Assembly (NCBI GenBank): GCA_038087875.1
Contig: JAXLNO010003747.1
Location: forward strand, 186,001-250,000
Direction: 5' to 3'
DNA from: Malacoraja senta
Taxonomy: Eukaryota
Length of the DNA: 64,000 bases
The notes beneath the pieces were generated by a model that was not told the DNA's origin, did not search any database, and was given only the letters and a program-made list of their open reading frames with translations. Shown piece by piece: positions 1 through 13,500 of this stretch; position 1 is the stretch's first letter; every line of letters begins with the position of its first letter. Both the position numbers and the translations under genes were made by a program.

Positions 1-57
1 CTTTCCAAAGGGCACCTCACCTATTTTCAGATCTGCTCTCAACAAGTATCAATCACA

Positions 58-200
58 TTATCCCTCTCTCTATCTATCATCTCTCTCCATCTCACTATAT
101 ATCTCTCTCCCTCTATCTCCCTATCTCTCTCCATCTATTTATCTCTCCATCTCTCATCCCTCAGCTCTATCTCTCTTTCCTTCATCTCTTTCATTTCTGC
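58..200. repeat. Degenerate (CT)/(ATCT) microsatellite
   Basis: Pyrimidine-rich low-complexity sequence. Confidence 0.85.
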
Positions 201-436
201 AAATTGAAATCATTAATCAGTCTGAGATCACTGTGTGTGACTGAATGACATCAGAGCATCAGTCCATGAGACATACCACTGGTCACAGGCTTTCTATGTA
301 AAAAAAACAACCCTCCACTACAATTCTCTGACTCCTACCACCAAGCCAACTTTGTGTCCAATTGACTAGCTCACCCTGGATCCCATGTTTTCCAACCTAA
401 TGGACCAGCCACCCATGTGGGGCCTTGCTGAAGGAT

Positions 437-748
437 GGCATGGTGGCATAGTCGTAAGGCTACTGCTTTACAGTGCCAGAGACCTGGGTTCAGTCCTGAC
501 TACAAGTGCTTTTCTATATGGAGTTTGTACGTTCTCCCCGTGACCTGCGTAGGTTTTCTCCAAGATCTTCGGTTTCCTCCCACACTCCAAAGACGTACAG
601 GTTTGTACGTTAATTGGCTTGGTATAAAAGGTAAAATTACCCCTAGTGTGTGTAGGGTAGCGTTAAAATGCGGGGATCGCTGGTCTGTGTAGGCCCGGTG
701 GGCTGTAGGGTCTGTTTCCTCACTGTATCTCTAAACTAAACTAAACAT
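437..748 (+). mobile_element. tRNA-derived V-SINE (HE1-like)
   Basis: A/B-box-like head, core ggtttcctcccacactccaaagac and (taaac)n tail. Confidence 0.88.
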
Positions 749-989
749 AGACAACATCTGTCATCCAATCACACACTGGGCAATTTACAAAATTCAATTA
801 ACCAACCAACTCGCATGTCTTTGAGATATAGGAGGACCGGAGCATTTGGTGGAGATCCACGTGTCATAGGGAGAACAAAAAAATGATACACGTTGTACCC
901 AAGATCAGGATTAAAACCAAGTTGCTGTAGCAGAGGGGCACCAATTCTGCCAGTTGCCTCAATGTACTGCCTTTTAAAAAGAAAATTCA

Positions 990-1305
990 AAGCCTGTCCC
1001 ACTGTACGAGGTAATTCAAGAGCTCTCCCGAGTTTTTAAAAAAATTAAACTCGTGGTAAGCACGTAGAATGTACGTAGCGGGTACGTCGGAACTCGGGAC
1101 GTCTCCTAGCGGCTCGTAACGCTAACGGCAGGTACTCGGGAAACGCGGTAAGCTCGTGAAGACTCGTGAAGATTTTTCAACATGTTGAAAAAAGTCCACG
1201 AGAGCCCCAAGTGCCTATGAGCGGCTATTACCATAATTCTCCGAGTTCGAATCAGGGGAAACTCGGGAGAACTCTTGAATTAGCTTGTACAGTGGGACAG
1301 GGCCT
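990..1305. mobile_element. Harbinger/PIF-like MITE
   Basis: TIRs gcctgtcccactgtac / gtacagtgggacagg. The superfamily call rests on TIR type only. Confidence 0.7.
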
Positions 1306-1350
1306 TTAAGCTGTGTCTGCGTTGTCCAAGCACACACTCTCAGGGCAGAA

Positions 1351-1655
1351 TTAGTTTAGTTTAGTTTAGAGATACAGCATGGAAACAGGCCTTTCGGCCT
1401 ACCAAGTTTGCGAAGACCAATGATCCCTTTACATTGGCACTATCCTACACACACTAGGTACAAATTACAATTTACAAACCAATTAACCTACAAACCTGTA
1501 CGTCTTTGGAGTGTGGGAGGAAACTGGAGCACCCGGAGAAAACCCATGCGTTCACCCAACATACAAACTCCGTGCAGACCGCACCCATAGTCAGGATCGA
1601 ACCCTGGTGTCTGGTGCTATAAGGCAGCAACTCTACCGCTGCGCCACCCTGCCGC
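1351..1655 (-). mobile_element. V-SINE (HE1-like)
   Basis: Reverse complement of the same consensus. Confidence 0.88.
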
Positions 1656-2064
1656 CCCTAAGTATAGATATAGGGAAAGATACAGCAGCCTGAAAACCGT
1701 GACAACCAGATTCAAGAATAGCCTCTTCTCAGCAAACATCAGGCTCTTCAACATCACACAAAACTAACTTCAGCATCTATGATCATCTACGGACTATCTT
1801 TGAATGTACTATGAATTTAGTTTTTTGCACTATTATGATAGTCCAGTATTACAGTTATTAATTTATTGTTATATTGGTTGTTTTCTATTATCTCTGTGTT
1901 ATTGCAGTTACATGCAGGTGAAGCTGCAGCAAGTAAGAAGTTTGTTGTTCTATTGTTGATACATATGACAATTAAATGACTCTTACCTCACATTTGATTT
2001 AGGGTAAAGCTCACTCCATATTACCCCCATCATACACTCGGGAAAAGTACAAGGAACAAGTACA

Positions 2065-3118
2065 TGTTTAAGAAAGAACTGCAGATGCTGAAAAAATCCA
2101 AGGTAGACAAAAATGCTGGAGAAACTCAGCGGTGAGGCAGCATCTATGGAGCAAAGGAATAGGTGATGTTTTAGGTCGAGACCCTTCTTCAGACTGATAT
2201 GGGGGTGGGGGGCGGGAAGAAGAAAGGAAGTGGAGATAGTAGGCTGTGGGAGAGCTTCGAAGGGGAGGGGAAGGAGGGAGAAAGCAAGGACTACCGGAAA
2301 ATGGAGGTCAATGTTCATACCGCTGGGGTGTAAACTACCCAAGCGGAAAATGATATGCTGCTCCTCGAATTTGCAGAGGGTCTTACTCTGGCCGTGGAGG
2401 AGACCCAGGACAGAACGGTCCGATTCTGAATGGGAGGGGGAGTTGAAGTGCTGAGCCACCGGGAGATCAGGTTGGTTAATGCGGACTGAGCGGAGGTGTT
2501 GGGCGAAGCGATCGCCAAGCCTGCGCTTGGTCTCACCGATGTAGAGCAGTTGACACCTAGAGCAGCGGATGCAACAGATGAGGTTGGAGGAGGGGCAGGT
2601 GAACCTCTGCCTCACCTGGAAAGACTGCTTAGGTTCTTGGATGGAGTCAAGGGGGGAGATAAAGCGACAAGTGTAGCATTTCCTGCGGTTGCAAGGGAAA
2701 GTGCCAGGGGAGGGGAAGGTTAGGGAACGGGGCTTCTTCTCTTCGACTATAGATGAGGCTCTCACCAGGGTGTCTTCTATATCACGTTGCTCCGCTCTCA
2801 CTCCCCATCCCCCGACTAGTGACAAGTCCCCCTTGTCCTCACCTTCCACCCTACCAGCCGCCACATACAACAGATAATCCTCCGACATATTCGCCACCTC
2901 CAACTGGATCCCATCACTGGCCACATCTTCCCATCTTCTCCCCTTTCAGATTTCTGCAGAGACCGCTCCCTCTGAAACTCCCTGGTGAATTTGTCCCTTC
3001 CCACCCAAACCACCCCCTCCCCACCCAAACCACCCCCTCCCCTGGTACTTTCCCTTGCAACCGCAGGAAATGCTACACTTGTCGCTTTACCTCCCCCCTT
3101 GACTCCATCCAAGGACCT
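2065..3118 (-). mobile_element. Penelope-like element (GIY-YIG endonuclease region plus pLTR), with an inverted segment at about 2719-3118
   Basis: CYTC...QRFTCPSSNLICCIRCSRCQLLYIGETKRRLGDRF is the PLE GIY-YIG domain. Confidence 0.88.
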
Positions 3119-3944
3119 AGGCACGCCATGCTATCCAAACAGATTAGATATACCATACACAAATAGAATCAATTAAAAGGGGAATAATATCATGCAGAAT
3201 AACGATCTCAGCATTGTAGCGCATCAGTTCCAGTGAGAAAGACCAATGATCTCGGTGGATAGAGGTAAATCATACTTACCTACAGAAAAACTGTTCAGAA
3301 GCCAGATAACAGAGGGGAAGAAGCTGTCGCTGAGGCTGGTGGTACGTGCCTTCAATCTTCTGCACCTTCTGCCAGACGGGAGCCAAACCTATCCATGCCT
3401 TTCATAATTTTACATACTTCTATCAGGGCTCCCCTCAACTAATTGGTGCAGGGAACCAATGTAAGGACTCAGTTTTGGCAATGATACAAAAATAGATGAA
3501 ATGGCACGGTTTAATGAGGAAAGTATGATTTTACAACAGGGTATAGATAGCTTGAGTGATTAGTCAAAACGTGGCTAATGTGTTTAATGTGGGAAACTGT
3601 GAGGTCATGCTGAAGATACACAAAATGCTGGGGTAACTCAGCGGGACAGGCAGCATCTCTAGATAGAAGGAATGGGTGACGTTTCAGGTCGAGACCCATT
3701 TTCGGACTGCAGAACTCTCGTTGGAGAGAGGAGGAGAACTTCTTCAAAGTAGGCATACCTTGAGGAGATTTCTCAGTGGAGCAGCCAAATTGTGTAGGAA
3801 GGAACTGCACTGTGTAGGAAGGAAACTGTGAGGTCATGCTGAAGATAGACACAAAATGCTGGAGTAACTTAGCAGGACAAGCAGCATCTCTAGGTAGAAT
3901 TGGTGATGTTTCGAGTCATGCTCTTTGGCATAAGGAATCAAGTC

Positions 3945-4700
3945 ACCTTGCCCCAATCAGTATCAATGGTGCCAAAGTAGAAATGGTTGAGAGCTTCAAA
4001 TTCTTTCGTGTAAATATTACCAACGAACCTTGATGGACCAACCACATTGAAGGGACAGCCAAGAAGGCACACCAATGCCTCCATTTCCTCAGACGACTGA
4101 GGAAATTTGGTATGTGTCCAATGACTCTTACCAACTTCCATAGATGCACCATAGAAAGCATACTATCAGGTTACGTCACAGCTTGTTTTCAGAATAGCTT
4201 TGCCCAAGACCACAAGATATTGCAGAGAGGTGTGGATGTAGCACAGTCCATCACACAGACCAGACTGCCCATCATTGTCTCCATTTACACTTCCTGCCTC
4301 TTCAGGAAGACAGCCAACATAGTCAAAGACCTATCTCACACTAGTGATTCCTTTTTTCTCCACTTCCATCAGGCAGAAGATGCAGAGCTTAAAGGTGTAG
4401 AGCACCAGACACAGGAACAGCTTCTTCTACTCTGTTATCAGGCTTTTGAATGTTCCATGTGCTAGGACCCATTCCCAATTCTCCTTTACCTCAATATGGC
4501 CATTGGATTTTGTCTCTGGAACTGTTGTACAATAATGTTGAGAGCTATATTCTTCACTCTGTATCTTATCCTTCAGTCTGCCTATTGTACTTGTGTTTGG
4601 CTTGATAGTATTTATGTATACAACAGCAAACACAATGCTTTTCACCGTACCTTGGTACACATCACAATACCAAACCTAAAGCTAAACCTTAAATGGTGGA
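3945..4700 (+). mobile_element. L2/Rex-like LINE RT C-terminal fragment
   Basis: VESFKFFRVNIT...AKKAHQCLHFLRRLRK...FHRCTIESIL. Confidence 0.8.
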
Positions 4701-5431
4701 TTATTGTCTAAATGGAGAGAGACTGTAACTGAGTGAAGTTCAGATGGGATCTTGGTATTCAAGTGCATGCATCAAATTAAGTTAGTAGCAGGCCCAGTAA
4801 CCAATGGGAAAAATGCAGTCTTTACTGCAAAGGGGATGGAATTTAAGAACAGGGAAGTTATATTGGAATTATGCAGGATGATAGTGAGTCAATAACTGGA
4901 AAACCGCACACAGTTTAACATTAAAAAGAGTATAGGAGAATTGGATGCAGACCAGGTGAAATTCACCAAACTAAGTCAAGAGATGAAAAGGTTGTCCCAT
5001 CAAGAGCGGTAAACACTTTAGGTCTGCATTCCTTGGAGTGTAGAAAGTGATGAGTGACCTTATTCACACATGCAATATCTTAAGGGGCTTTTCATGATAG
5101 ATGTTGAGATGTTTCACTGGTGGGAAAGTCTAAAAACAATGGGAAACAACTACAGAATAAGGGACCAGTTGTTTAAAACTGAGGTACATAAAAATTACTT
5201 CTTTCTGAAGGGTGTGAATCGCTGGAATTCTGTGCCCAGAGGTGGTGGTAGCTAAGGTATTAGATATGCTTATGAACAGATAGAGAAATCTTTGAAAGAT
5301 TCAGGCAATTGAGGGTTTTGGGGTAATGGAACAGAGGAGGAGTAGTCCACTCCTGCTATTTTTACTTGTGTTGTTGGCGATTAACCTCATGAATAAAGTT
5401 AGAACTTGCAACCAACATTTCAATCAGAGGG

Positions 5432-5965
5432 GCCTCAGAGTGGCTCAGCAGTAGAGTTACTTCCTTGCAGTACCTGTGACTCAGGTTTGATCCTGACTAA
5501 GGGTGCTGTCTGTACCAACTTTGTATGTTCTCTCTGTGACTGCATGGGGATTCCCCTGGTGCTTCGGTTTCCTCCCAGTTCCAAAGACCTGCAGGTTTAT
5601 AGGTTAATTGGCATCTGTAAATTGTCCCATGTGTATAGGATAGACCTGTGTAGGCAGCACGGTGATGCAAAGGGGTGGCATGGAGGCGCAGTGGTAGAGT
5701 TGCTACCTTGCAGTGGCCGAGACCCAGGTTTGATCTTGACCATGGGTGCTGTATGTATGGATTTTCTACGTTCTCACCGTGACCTGTGTGGGTTTTCTCT
5801 GGGGGTTCCAGCTTCCTCCCAATCTCCAAAGACATGCAGGTTTGCAGGTTAATTGGCCCCAGATGTGTGTAGGATAGTGTTACTGTGGGGGGTACACTGG
5901 TCAGCACAGACTCAGTGGGTCTAAGGGCCTGTTTCAAGGCTGTACCTCTAAACCAAACTAATCTA
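5432..5965 (+). mobile_element. Two head-to-tail V-SINEs
   Basis: Heads at about 5432 and 5673, each with the V-core. Confidence 0.8.
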
Positions 5966-6829
5966 AGGAGCTGAGGCCAACTGAACAGTGATCATTTTAT
6001 TGAATGGTGGGACAAGTTTGGTGACTATTCTCAGGGGCTGATAGCCTACTACTGTTCTATTTCCTCCTGTTCTTGATAGTTCCCCTCATGGAGGCCAAGG
6101 TTTGAAACTGAGGAGAAAATTGTTTTATTTTTCTCCCAGATGATAACGAATGGTGGGAATTTTGAACTGCAGATTGTAGATTCATTACGTTACTGAGAAG
6201 GATGGATTTGTTTATTTGGGAAGTTGTGGGTTACTGGCTACAGACTCTTCTGGTCATGAGTAGATCAGTCATGACCTAATTGAGCTGCAGAACAGACTTT
6301 ACTCATGGCCAACAAATACTTCATTTTTCTTGTGATCTCTACAATTACCCACTACAATCATTGCACTCTTACTTGTTTATGATTGCACTCACGTATGGTG
6401 TATTATGACTGGATAGCATGCAAAACATGGTATTTCACCGTATTTTTGTACACATTACAATAATAAACTAAATTTTAGGGAGAAGGGAGCAGAATAATGT
6501 GGCCTCTATCAGTGGTTGAGTAATATCGACTAAAACGTTGGTTTGGACTAATTCTGCCAGTGGCTTGTGGGCCTATTCCTGCTTCTCCTTTCTTGTGTTC
6601 ATGTATTTGATGTATCTTGCTTACTGTGGTCACTGCTGTGAGTTATAACTTCAGTAACATAAGCGAATTAGTTCAGCACAATCCGAGCAAAATTAAAAGC
6701 ATTTTTTTAAATGCAGACTTAAATCTGGTGTAGTGAGGGAGAAACACAGACATCTTTGGGTTGATTGAAATGATTTTGGTTAAGAGCTGAAAATTAAAAT
6801 GAATAGAAATTAACATTTTGACATTAGAC

Positions 6830-7120
6830 TTCAGAGGTACATCACAGAAGCAGGCCCTTCGGCCCACCGAGTCCTCGCTAACTCCCCGTACAATAGTACT
6901 ATACCACGACAGGTGACAATTTACAATTTTACCAAAGCAAATTAACCTAAAAACCTGTACTTCTTAGAGACGTGGGAGGAAACCGGAGCACCCAGAGAAA
7001 AACAATGCAGTCACGCATGGAGATGCAGGGAGAATGTACAAACACCGTACAGACAGCACCGTTAGTCAGAATCGACCTGAGTCTCTGCTGCTATAGGCAG
7101 CAACTCTACCGTTGCAACAC
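6830..7120 (-). mobile_element. V-SINE
   Basis: gtgggaggaaaccggagcaccc core. Confidence 0.8.
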
Positions 7121-8649
7121 TGAGGATATCTTGAATTACAAAAGCAATATTTTGGGCTCATCACCAACCATACAAGCACCTGCATTCTTTATATGGTACA
7201 TTAATATGGAGTTTATTGCATTGAAACAGGCCCACAAGCCTGCCCTGTTGTTCAATACAATCCCTCAGTCATTCCTGATCTGGTTTGATTAGGATGCAAA
7301 TAAAAGCTTTTCGCTATATCACAATACAAATGACAATAATAAACCAATACCAATGCTATTGTGTAAGTTCTCCCCATATATGATAGATAGATCCTTGATA
7401 AATTTGTAGACACCATCGCCGTCTATATCCACCACCATTTGCTGCACAGTTTCAATGTCCAAACTAGCTTCCAATATAACTGTTTTACAGAATTCCATTT
7501 TGAGTTGAAAGATACAACATGGAAACAGGCCCTTCAGCCCACCATGCTGACCACCAGTCACCCCTTCACACTAGTTCAATGTTATCCCACTTTTTTGTCC
7601 ATTCCCCACATACGCTAGGGGAAATTTACAGATGTGAATTAACTGACAAACCCACACACCTGTGGAATGTGGGAGAAAACCAGAGCACCCGGGAAGAACC
7701 CAGGTGGTCACAGGAAGAAGGAACAAAATCTATACAGTAGCTAGACAAAAATGCTGGAGAAACTCAGGGGGTGAGGCAGCATCTATGGAGCGAAGGAATA
7801 GTTTGGGGTCAAGACCCTTCTTGGAGGGTTTCGACCGGAAACGTCGCCTATTCCTTTGCTCCATAAATGCTGCCTCACCCGCTGAGTTTCTCCAGCATTT
7901 TTGTCTACCTTCAATTTTTCCAGCATCTGCAGTTCTTTCTTAAAGAAAATCTATACAGACAATACCAGCGGTCAGGATCTAACGCTGGTCTCTGGTGCTG
8001 TGAGGCAGCAGCTCTACCTGCTGTGGACAGTGTTTGGTTTCCTCCTTTTTGTTCTGCATTGTAATGATTCAAGTCAGGATAGACGATTGGATTTATGGGT
8101 CTCCTGAATCATAACATAAGGAGCAGTTAGCAGCATAAGAATGGAGAGTTATCTGAAACGTAATTACAGTACCAGGCAACTACGCCCTGCCTTTCCATTC
8201 CATTTGCTATAGAGTGCGAAAAAACCAAAGTGCTGGAGTAACTCAGCAGGTCGGGCAACATCTCTGGAGGACATTGACAGGCGCTGTTTCAGATTGGGAC
8301 CCTACTTCAGACTGACAATAGTCACCTATCCTTTTTCTCCAAAGATGCTGCTCGACCCGTTGAGTTACTCCAGCGCTTTGTGTCTATCGTCACCTATCTA
8401 TGCCCTCCGGAGTTGCGACCTGACCTGTTGAGTTACACCAGCACTTTGTGTCTTTTGTTGTTGTAAATCGGCATCAGCAACTCCTCATGTCTCCATTACA
8501 GTCAATTGTTTCCTGCTGGTTCAATGACATCGCTCGACAACTGGTGTCGACCCGCCGTATTTTTATTCTGATTGCATGATGAGATCCTGCTTTGATGTTG
8601 GTGAAGTTTGGCTCAGTTGCTGCTGTTGATGCGAGAGGTTGTGCGTGAA

Positions 8650-8701
8650 ATGATTCTGTTCATCTTGTTGAGTTTCTTCCGCGTACAAGGGGCTCAAGCA
8701 G
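8650..8701 (+). CDS. Putative leader (signal peptide) exon 1 of the MHC class I-like gene, MILFILLSFFRVQGAQA+G, phase 1
   Basis: ATG at 8650 (in-frame alternative ATG at 8629 gives MREVVREM...), hydrophobic core, A-Q-A cleavage-type end and a strong donor G|GTAAGT at 8701/8702. It sits in a CpG-rich unique island. Phase 1 is what class I leader exons use. Assignment to the alpha1 exon 22.7 kb downstream is inference; I recognised only repeats and no other exon in between. Confidence 0.7.
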
Positions 8702-8984
8702 GTAAGTTAACGATACTCATTGTATTCGCTACTGGCTAAAAGCGTCTTGGCTTTAACTCAATCTTGACCGGAGGCGACTGAGTTTAAACAAGCGCGCAAT
8801 ACACATTCAGTCTGGTTCATGGTTCATGCGGACATTAAAAGGGTTTAATCTCCACTGTTTCAGTACAATCCAGACTGGAATTTCTGCTTTGATTTGCACA
8901 ATGCCCCGTTTCCTCTGTGGAAGAAGGAACTGCAGATATTGGTTTAAACTGATTTTAACTCGTGTAAAACAAACAGGAGCGAGG

Positions 8985-9900
8985 CACTCACTAGGGTTTC
9001 CTCGCTGCTCCGCTCTTGCTCTCCCTTCCCCCCCACATTTGTACCAAGGACAGAGTCCCCCTTGTCCTCACCTTCCACCCCATCAGCCGTCGCACAGCAT
9101 ATAATCCTCCATCATTTTTGCCACCTCCAACAGGATCCCAATACTGGCCACATCTTCCCATCTCCACCTCTTTCTGCTTTCCGTGGAGACCGTTCCCTCC
9201 AAAATTCCCTGGTCAACTCGTCCTTTTCCACCCAAACCACCCCCTCCCCAGGTACTTTCCCCTGCAACCGCAGGAGATGCAACACATGTCCCTTTCCCTC
9301 CCCTCTCGACTCCATCCAAGGACCCAAACAGTCTTTCGAGGTGAGGCAGAGGTTCACTTGCACCTTCTCCAACCTCATCTACTGTATCCGCAGTTGCAGG
9401 TGTCAACTTCTCTACTTCAGCGAGGCCAAGCACAGGCTCGGCAATCATTTCACTGAACTACTCCGCTCTGTCCATCTTAACCTACCTGATCTCCTGGTTG
9501 CTCAGCACTTCAACTTCCCCTCCCATTTCCAATCTGACCTTTCTGTCCTGGGCCTCCTCCATGGTCAGAGTGAGGCCCAGTGCAAATTGGAGGAACAGCA
9601 CCTCATATTTTGATTGGGTAGTTTACACCCCAGCTGTATGAACATTGACTTCTCTAACTTTAAATATCCCTTGCGTTCCCTCTCTATCCCCTCCCCCTTC
9701 CCAGTTCTCCCATCAGTCTTAATGTCTTCAACTACATTCTATCTTTGTCTCGTCAACTCCCCTGAAATCAGTCTGAAGAAGGGTCTTGACCCGATAGGTC
9801 ACCCATTCCTTCTCTCCAGAGATGCTGCCGGCCTGCTGAGTTACTCCAGCATTTTGTGTCTACCTTTGAGTTAAACCAGCATCTGCAGTTCTTTCTTACA
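8985..9900 (+). mobile_element. Penelope-like element 3' part (GIY-YIG plus pLTR)
   Basis: ORF 9062-9613 QRFTCTFSNLIYCIRSCRCQLLYFSEAK. Confidence 0.88.
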
Positions 9901-10014
9901 CAAAGTGCATTGTTTGACAGGTTCATGTTTATGGCCAAATGTGGGAAGAGAGTGAGGCAGTAGTACAATGCAAAATCAATAAAAGATTAGCACACACTGT
10001 GGATTTGTTATTGA

Positions 10015-10560
10015 TTGAGTGACAACTCTTAGCTCCAAACGTGCTGTCGTCACGTTTACATGGTTTATTAATGATTTGGATAAGGGGATTGAATGTTTTG
10101 TGGCCAAGTTTGCAGATGATGCTAAAATAGGTGGAGGGGCAGGCAGTGTAGAGGATGCAAGGACTTTGCAGAAGGACTTGTTCAGGTTAGGAGAGTGGGC
10201 AGAGAAGTGGCAGATGAAATCCAATATAGCAAAGTGTGGGAGACATGCATTTTGGTAATAAGAATAAAGGCATAGATTATTTTACAAATGGAGAGAGAAT
10301 CCAGAAATCGGAGGCACATAGTGACATGGGAGTGGTGGTGCAGGACTCTCAAAAGGTTAATTTGCAAATTGAATCGGTAGTCAGGAAGGTGATTTATATC
10401 AAGAGGACTGGAATACAAAAACAGAAAATGCCGCCCGATTTGTAAGAGTGTCAAAGGTCACAGGGAGATGACAGAACGGCACTGAGAGGTAACGATAGGT
10501 CAGCCATGATTAAATTGTGGAGTAAACTCGATGGGCTGAACAACCAAATTCTGCACCTTT
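10015..10560 (+). mobile_element. Degraded CR1 fragment
   Basis: FINDLDKGIECFVAKFADDAKIGG motif. Confidence 0.8.
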
Positions 10561-13500
10561 GACTTATGAAGTGAGTCAAAGTTCAGAACATGAGGGATGA
10601 TCATTTTATTTCTCCCCAGACTGGTGTGTCTGGAACCAAAATTCACAGTTTAAAAATAAGGCTTCAGACATTCTTATGGCACCAAAACATGGTGACACCT
10701 GTGTGATGCCTAGGTTAGGTCTGCTATATGATTTTATCGAGTTGTATGCGAAACAAAGCATTTCACTGTACCTAGGTGCATGTGACAATAAAATATCATT
10801 GAATCATTGAATTCAGTGCAGTAATGAAATTAGTTTTAATTAGTCTTTCAAATTCTCTGTCCAAGTAGGCTGTGGGCATTCAGTCAATCAGATGCTTGAG
10901 GCAGGGATAGGAAGATGCTTGGATACAAAAGGAATCCGGAATTCGGAAAAATGGTGGTCTGCTAGAGGATCGGTTATGATCTTATAGAATATCAGAGATT
11001 GGGAACAAAGGATGAATGGCAACATTTTGCTGATGTTAGGTTTGTTCCCACTCCACAAGAGAATCCAGAAGGAAAGAGAGTATAGAATGTTCAATTGTCA
11101 TATGTGCTGACTACAAAACAATGACATTCATGTAGCAGACCTGTAAGACAATACAAATAGATAACACACTAAAAATCCAGTTAATTGATAATCCCAATAC
11201 ATGTGCAAATACACCGCAAATGCTTAGTTTAACCAAAGACAGTCCATAGGTCTACAGGGTCCGACTCGACACATTACCTATCCATTCTCACCAGCGATGC
11301 TGCCTGATCTGCTGAGTTACTCCAACACTTTGTCTTTATTTTGTTCATTAATCATCATTTTAATGATCACATTCCAACACGCATCTCCAGAGCCAACAAA
11401 ACAATGACATTCTCCTTTGATGGTAATAATCTAATTTGGTGAATGGGGAAACAGGCTTAGATATAAAGAATAACATTTATAGCAGTTCCAATGTAGAAAA
11501 ATGCTTCAATGAGATTCATGCCATTTTACTTCGAGCAGTATAATGGCATGACATGACAATTAGCAAAATAAACATTTAAGGTGCATCTTAAAGGAAGGGA
11601 TATTTAGAGAGCAATTCTATGACTTAGGCCTGCTCTTCAGATGAAATACTTAAATTTGTGAATAATCAGGAAGTTATACTGCCCGGTTCATCGTGGGTTC
11701 TGACATCACCACCATCGAAGGGATCCACATGAGACGCTGCCTCAAAAAGGAAGCCAACATCATCCCCCTGGCCACGCTTTCATTACCTCCCACCATGGGG
11801 AAGAAAGTATAGGTGTTTGAAAACCATGACCTCCAGGTTCAAGAATAGCTTCTTCCCAACAACTATCATGCACTTGAACGCTACACAACGCTAACCTCAA
11901 CTGTGAAATTGTATGGACTGTATGCATGCCGAGGGAGGAGCTGCGTCGGAAGGAACTGCAGATGCTGGTTTAAACCGAAGATAGACACAAAATGCTGGAG
12001 TAACTCAGCGGGTCAGACAGCGACTCTGGAGAAAAGGAATAGGTAGCGTTTCAGGTCGAGACCATTCTTCAGACTGATAGTCAGGGGAAAGGGAAACGAG
12101 AGATACAGGCGGTGATATAGAGAGATATAAGAACAAATGATTGAAAGATATGCTTTGAATGAAAGAGCTGTTGGTCTTAGATATTTAAATACAATGATCA
12201 GAGTTTAAAATCTGAATATTTTTCAATCAGAAAGATGATGGGTGAATGGGATGGAGCAAGTTAGCACAATGATGACAAAGTCTGAAGAAGAGCCTCAATC
12301 TGAAACATCACCCATTCCTTCTCTCTGGAGATTCTGCCTGTCCCACTGAGTTATTCCAGCATTTTGTGTCTATCGCTAAGTGCTGGAGTAACTCAGCTGG
12401 TCAGGCAGCATCTCCGGAGAATGTGGAGAGATGACGTTTAGGGTAAACACCCTTCCCCAGAGTGAAGAAGGGGTCTTGACCCGAAACATCTATCCATCAT
12501 CACATATCCATGATCTCCAGGGATGCTGCCGGACCCACTAAAGGTGCTCCAGCACTTTGCATCTCTTTGTGAACCAACATTTGTAGTTCCTTGTTTCTAC
12601 AGTGTAAATTGACTGTCATTTGTAGGTAAGTGATAGAATCTGGAGAGAGATGATGGGAATTTGCAGAGAATAAGAATGAGTTGGTCAAGAGCAAGAGTTT
12701 AATTGTCATCTGTACTGGCAATGGAATAATGAAATTCTTATACATATATTAAATATACAACAATCAATGGTACAATTAATTAATATTAGTTATACTAGGT
12801 AACCAGACCATAACAGTAGAAAAACAAAACGTCCTTGCTGCAACCAAAATAAAGTCCATCGCAGATCAGAGTTGTTGAGGTAAGGTTGTGGTTAGTGTTG
12901 TGCAGTGTTTAAATGCCTGCTGCTCATGAGAAAAAAGCTGCTCTTAAACCTGGAGCTAACAGTTCTCAGGCTCTCTAACCTCAGAGGCAGTTGATTGGTT
13001 CAACGGTATTTTATATGTGGCAAGTACCGAAGTACAGTGAAATTCATTTTTGTATACAGTTTAGTACAAGTATCACTATGCATAAGTCCTTAGATACATC
13101 TTAGATAAGCATCTCAGATACAGTACAAGTGTATAGCAGTAGTACGCTGAGACAGTATACCGTGTCGCCAGTTTATGGTGCCATTTTCACGTCCCAGTTG
13201 TTGTAAGTGAGGGTTCTTGGCCTGACCATGAGGCCCATTGTCCTGGTGTTGTTGCAGGGTTGACCTGTCCAATCGAAGCTGTGGTGTCCTCTACTGCTGC
13301 AGGGAGCAACTGGTCCATGTGCCCGACCTCTTGGAGCGGCACCTGGAACAGCCAAGCCCCAGGCTGCTGCAGGGCCTCCAGCACCCACTCCACTGTTGAG
13401 GCAGTCCATTCCCTCCCGCAGCTTGTCTGCCTATAAGCCATCCATCTGACTCCTTACACTCTGGGCGGGCAAGCTGGGCCTTCCAGGTGGGTCCTCCATC

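Noticed and set aside
437-510. tRNA-like sequences here and at other SINE heads
   Set aside because: They are tRNA-derived SINE heads followed by the V-core, not complete cloverleaf genes.
1983-2924. 313-aa ORF as an intact gene
   Set aside because: It is a chimeric reading across the Penelope inversion junction and pLTR.
8525-8574. Class I S-X-Y promoter module (TGACATC at 8525, CTGATTG at 8568)
   Set aside because: X2-to-Y spacing is about twice what I expect and there is no convincing X1 box; short motifs arise by chance.
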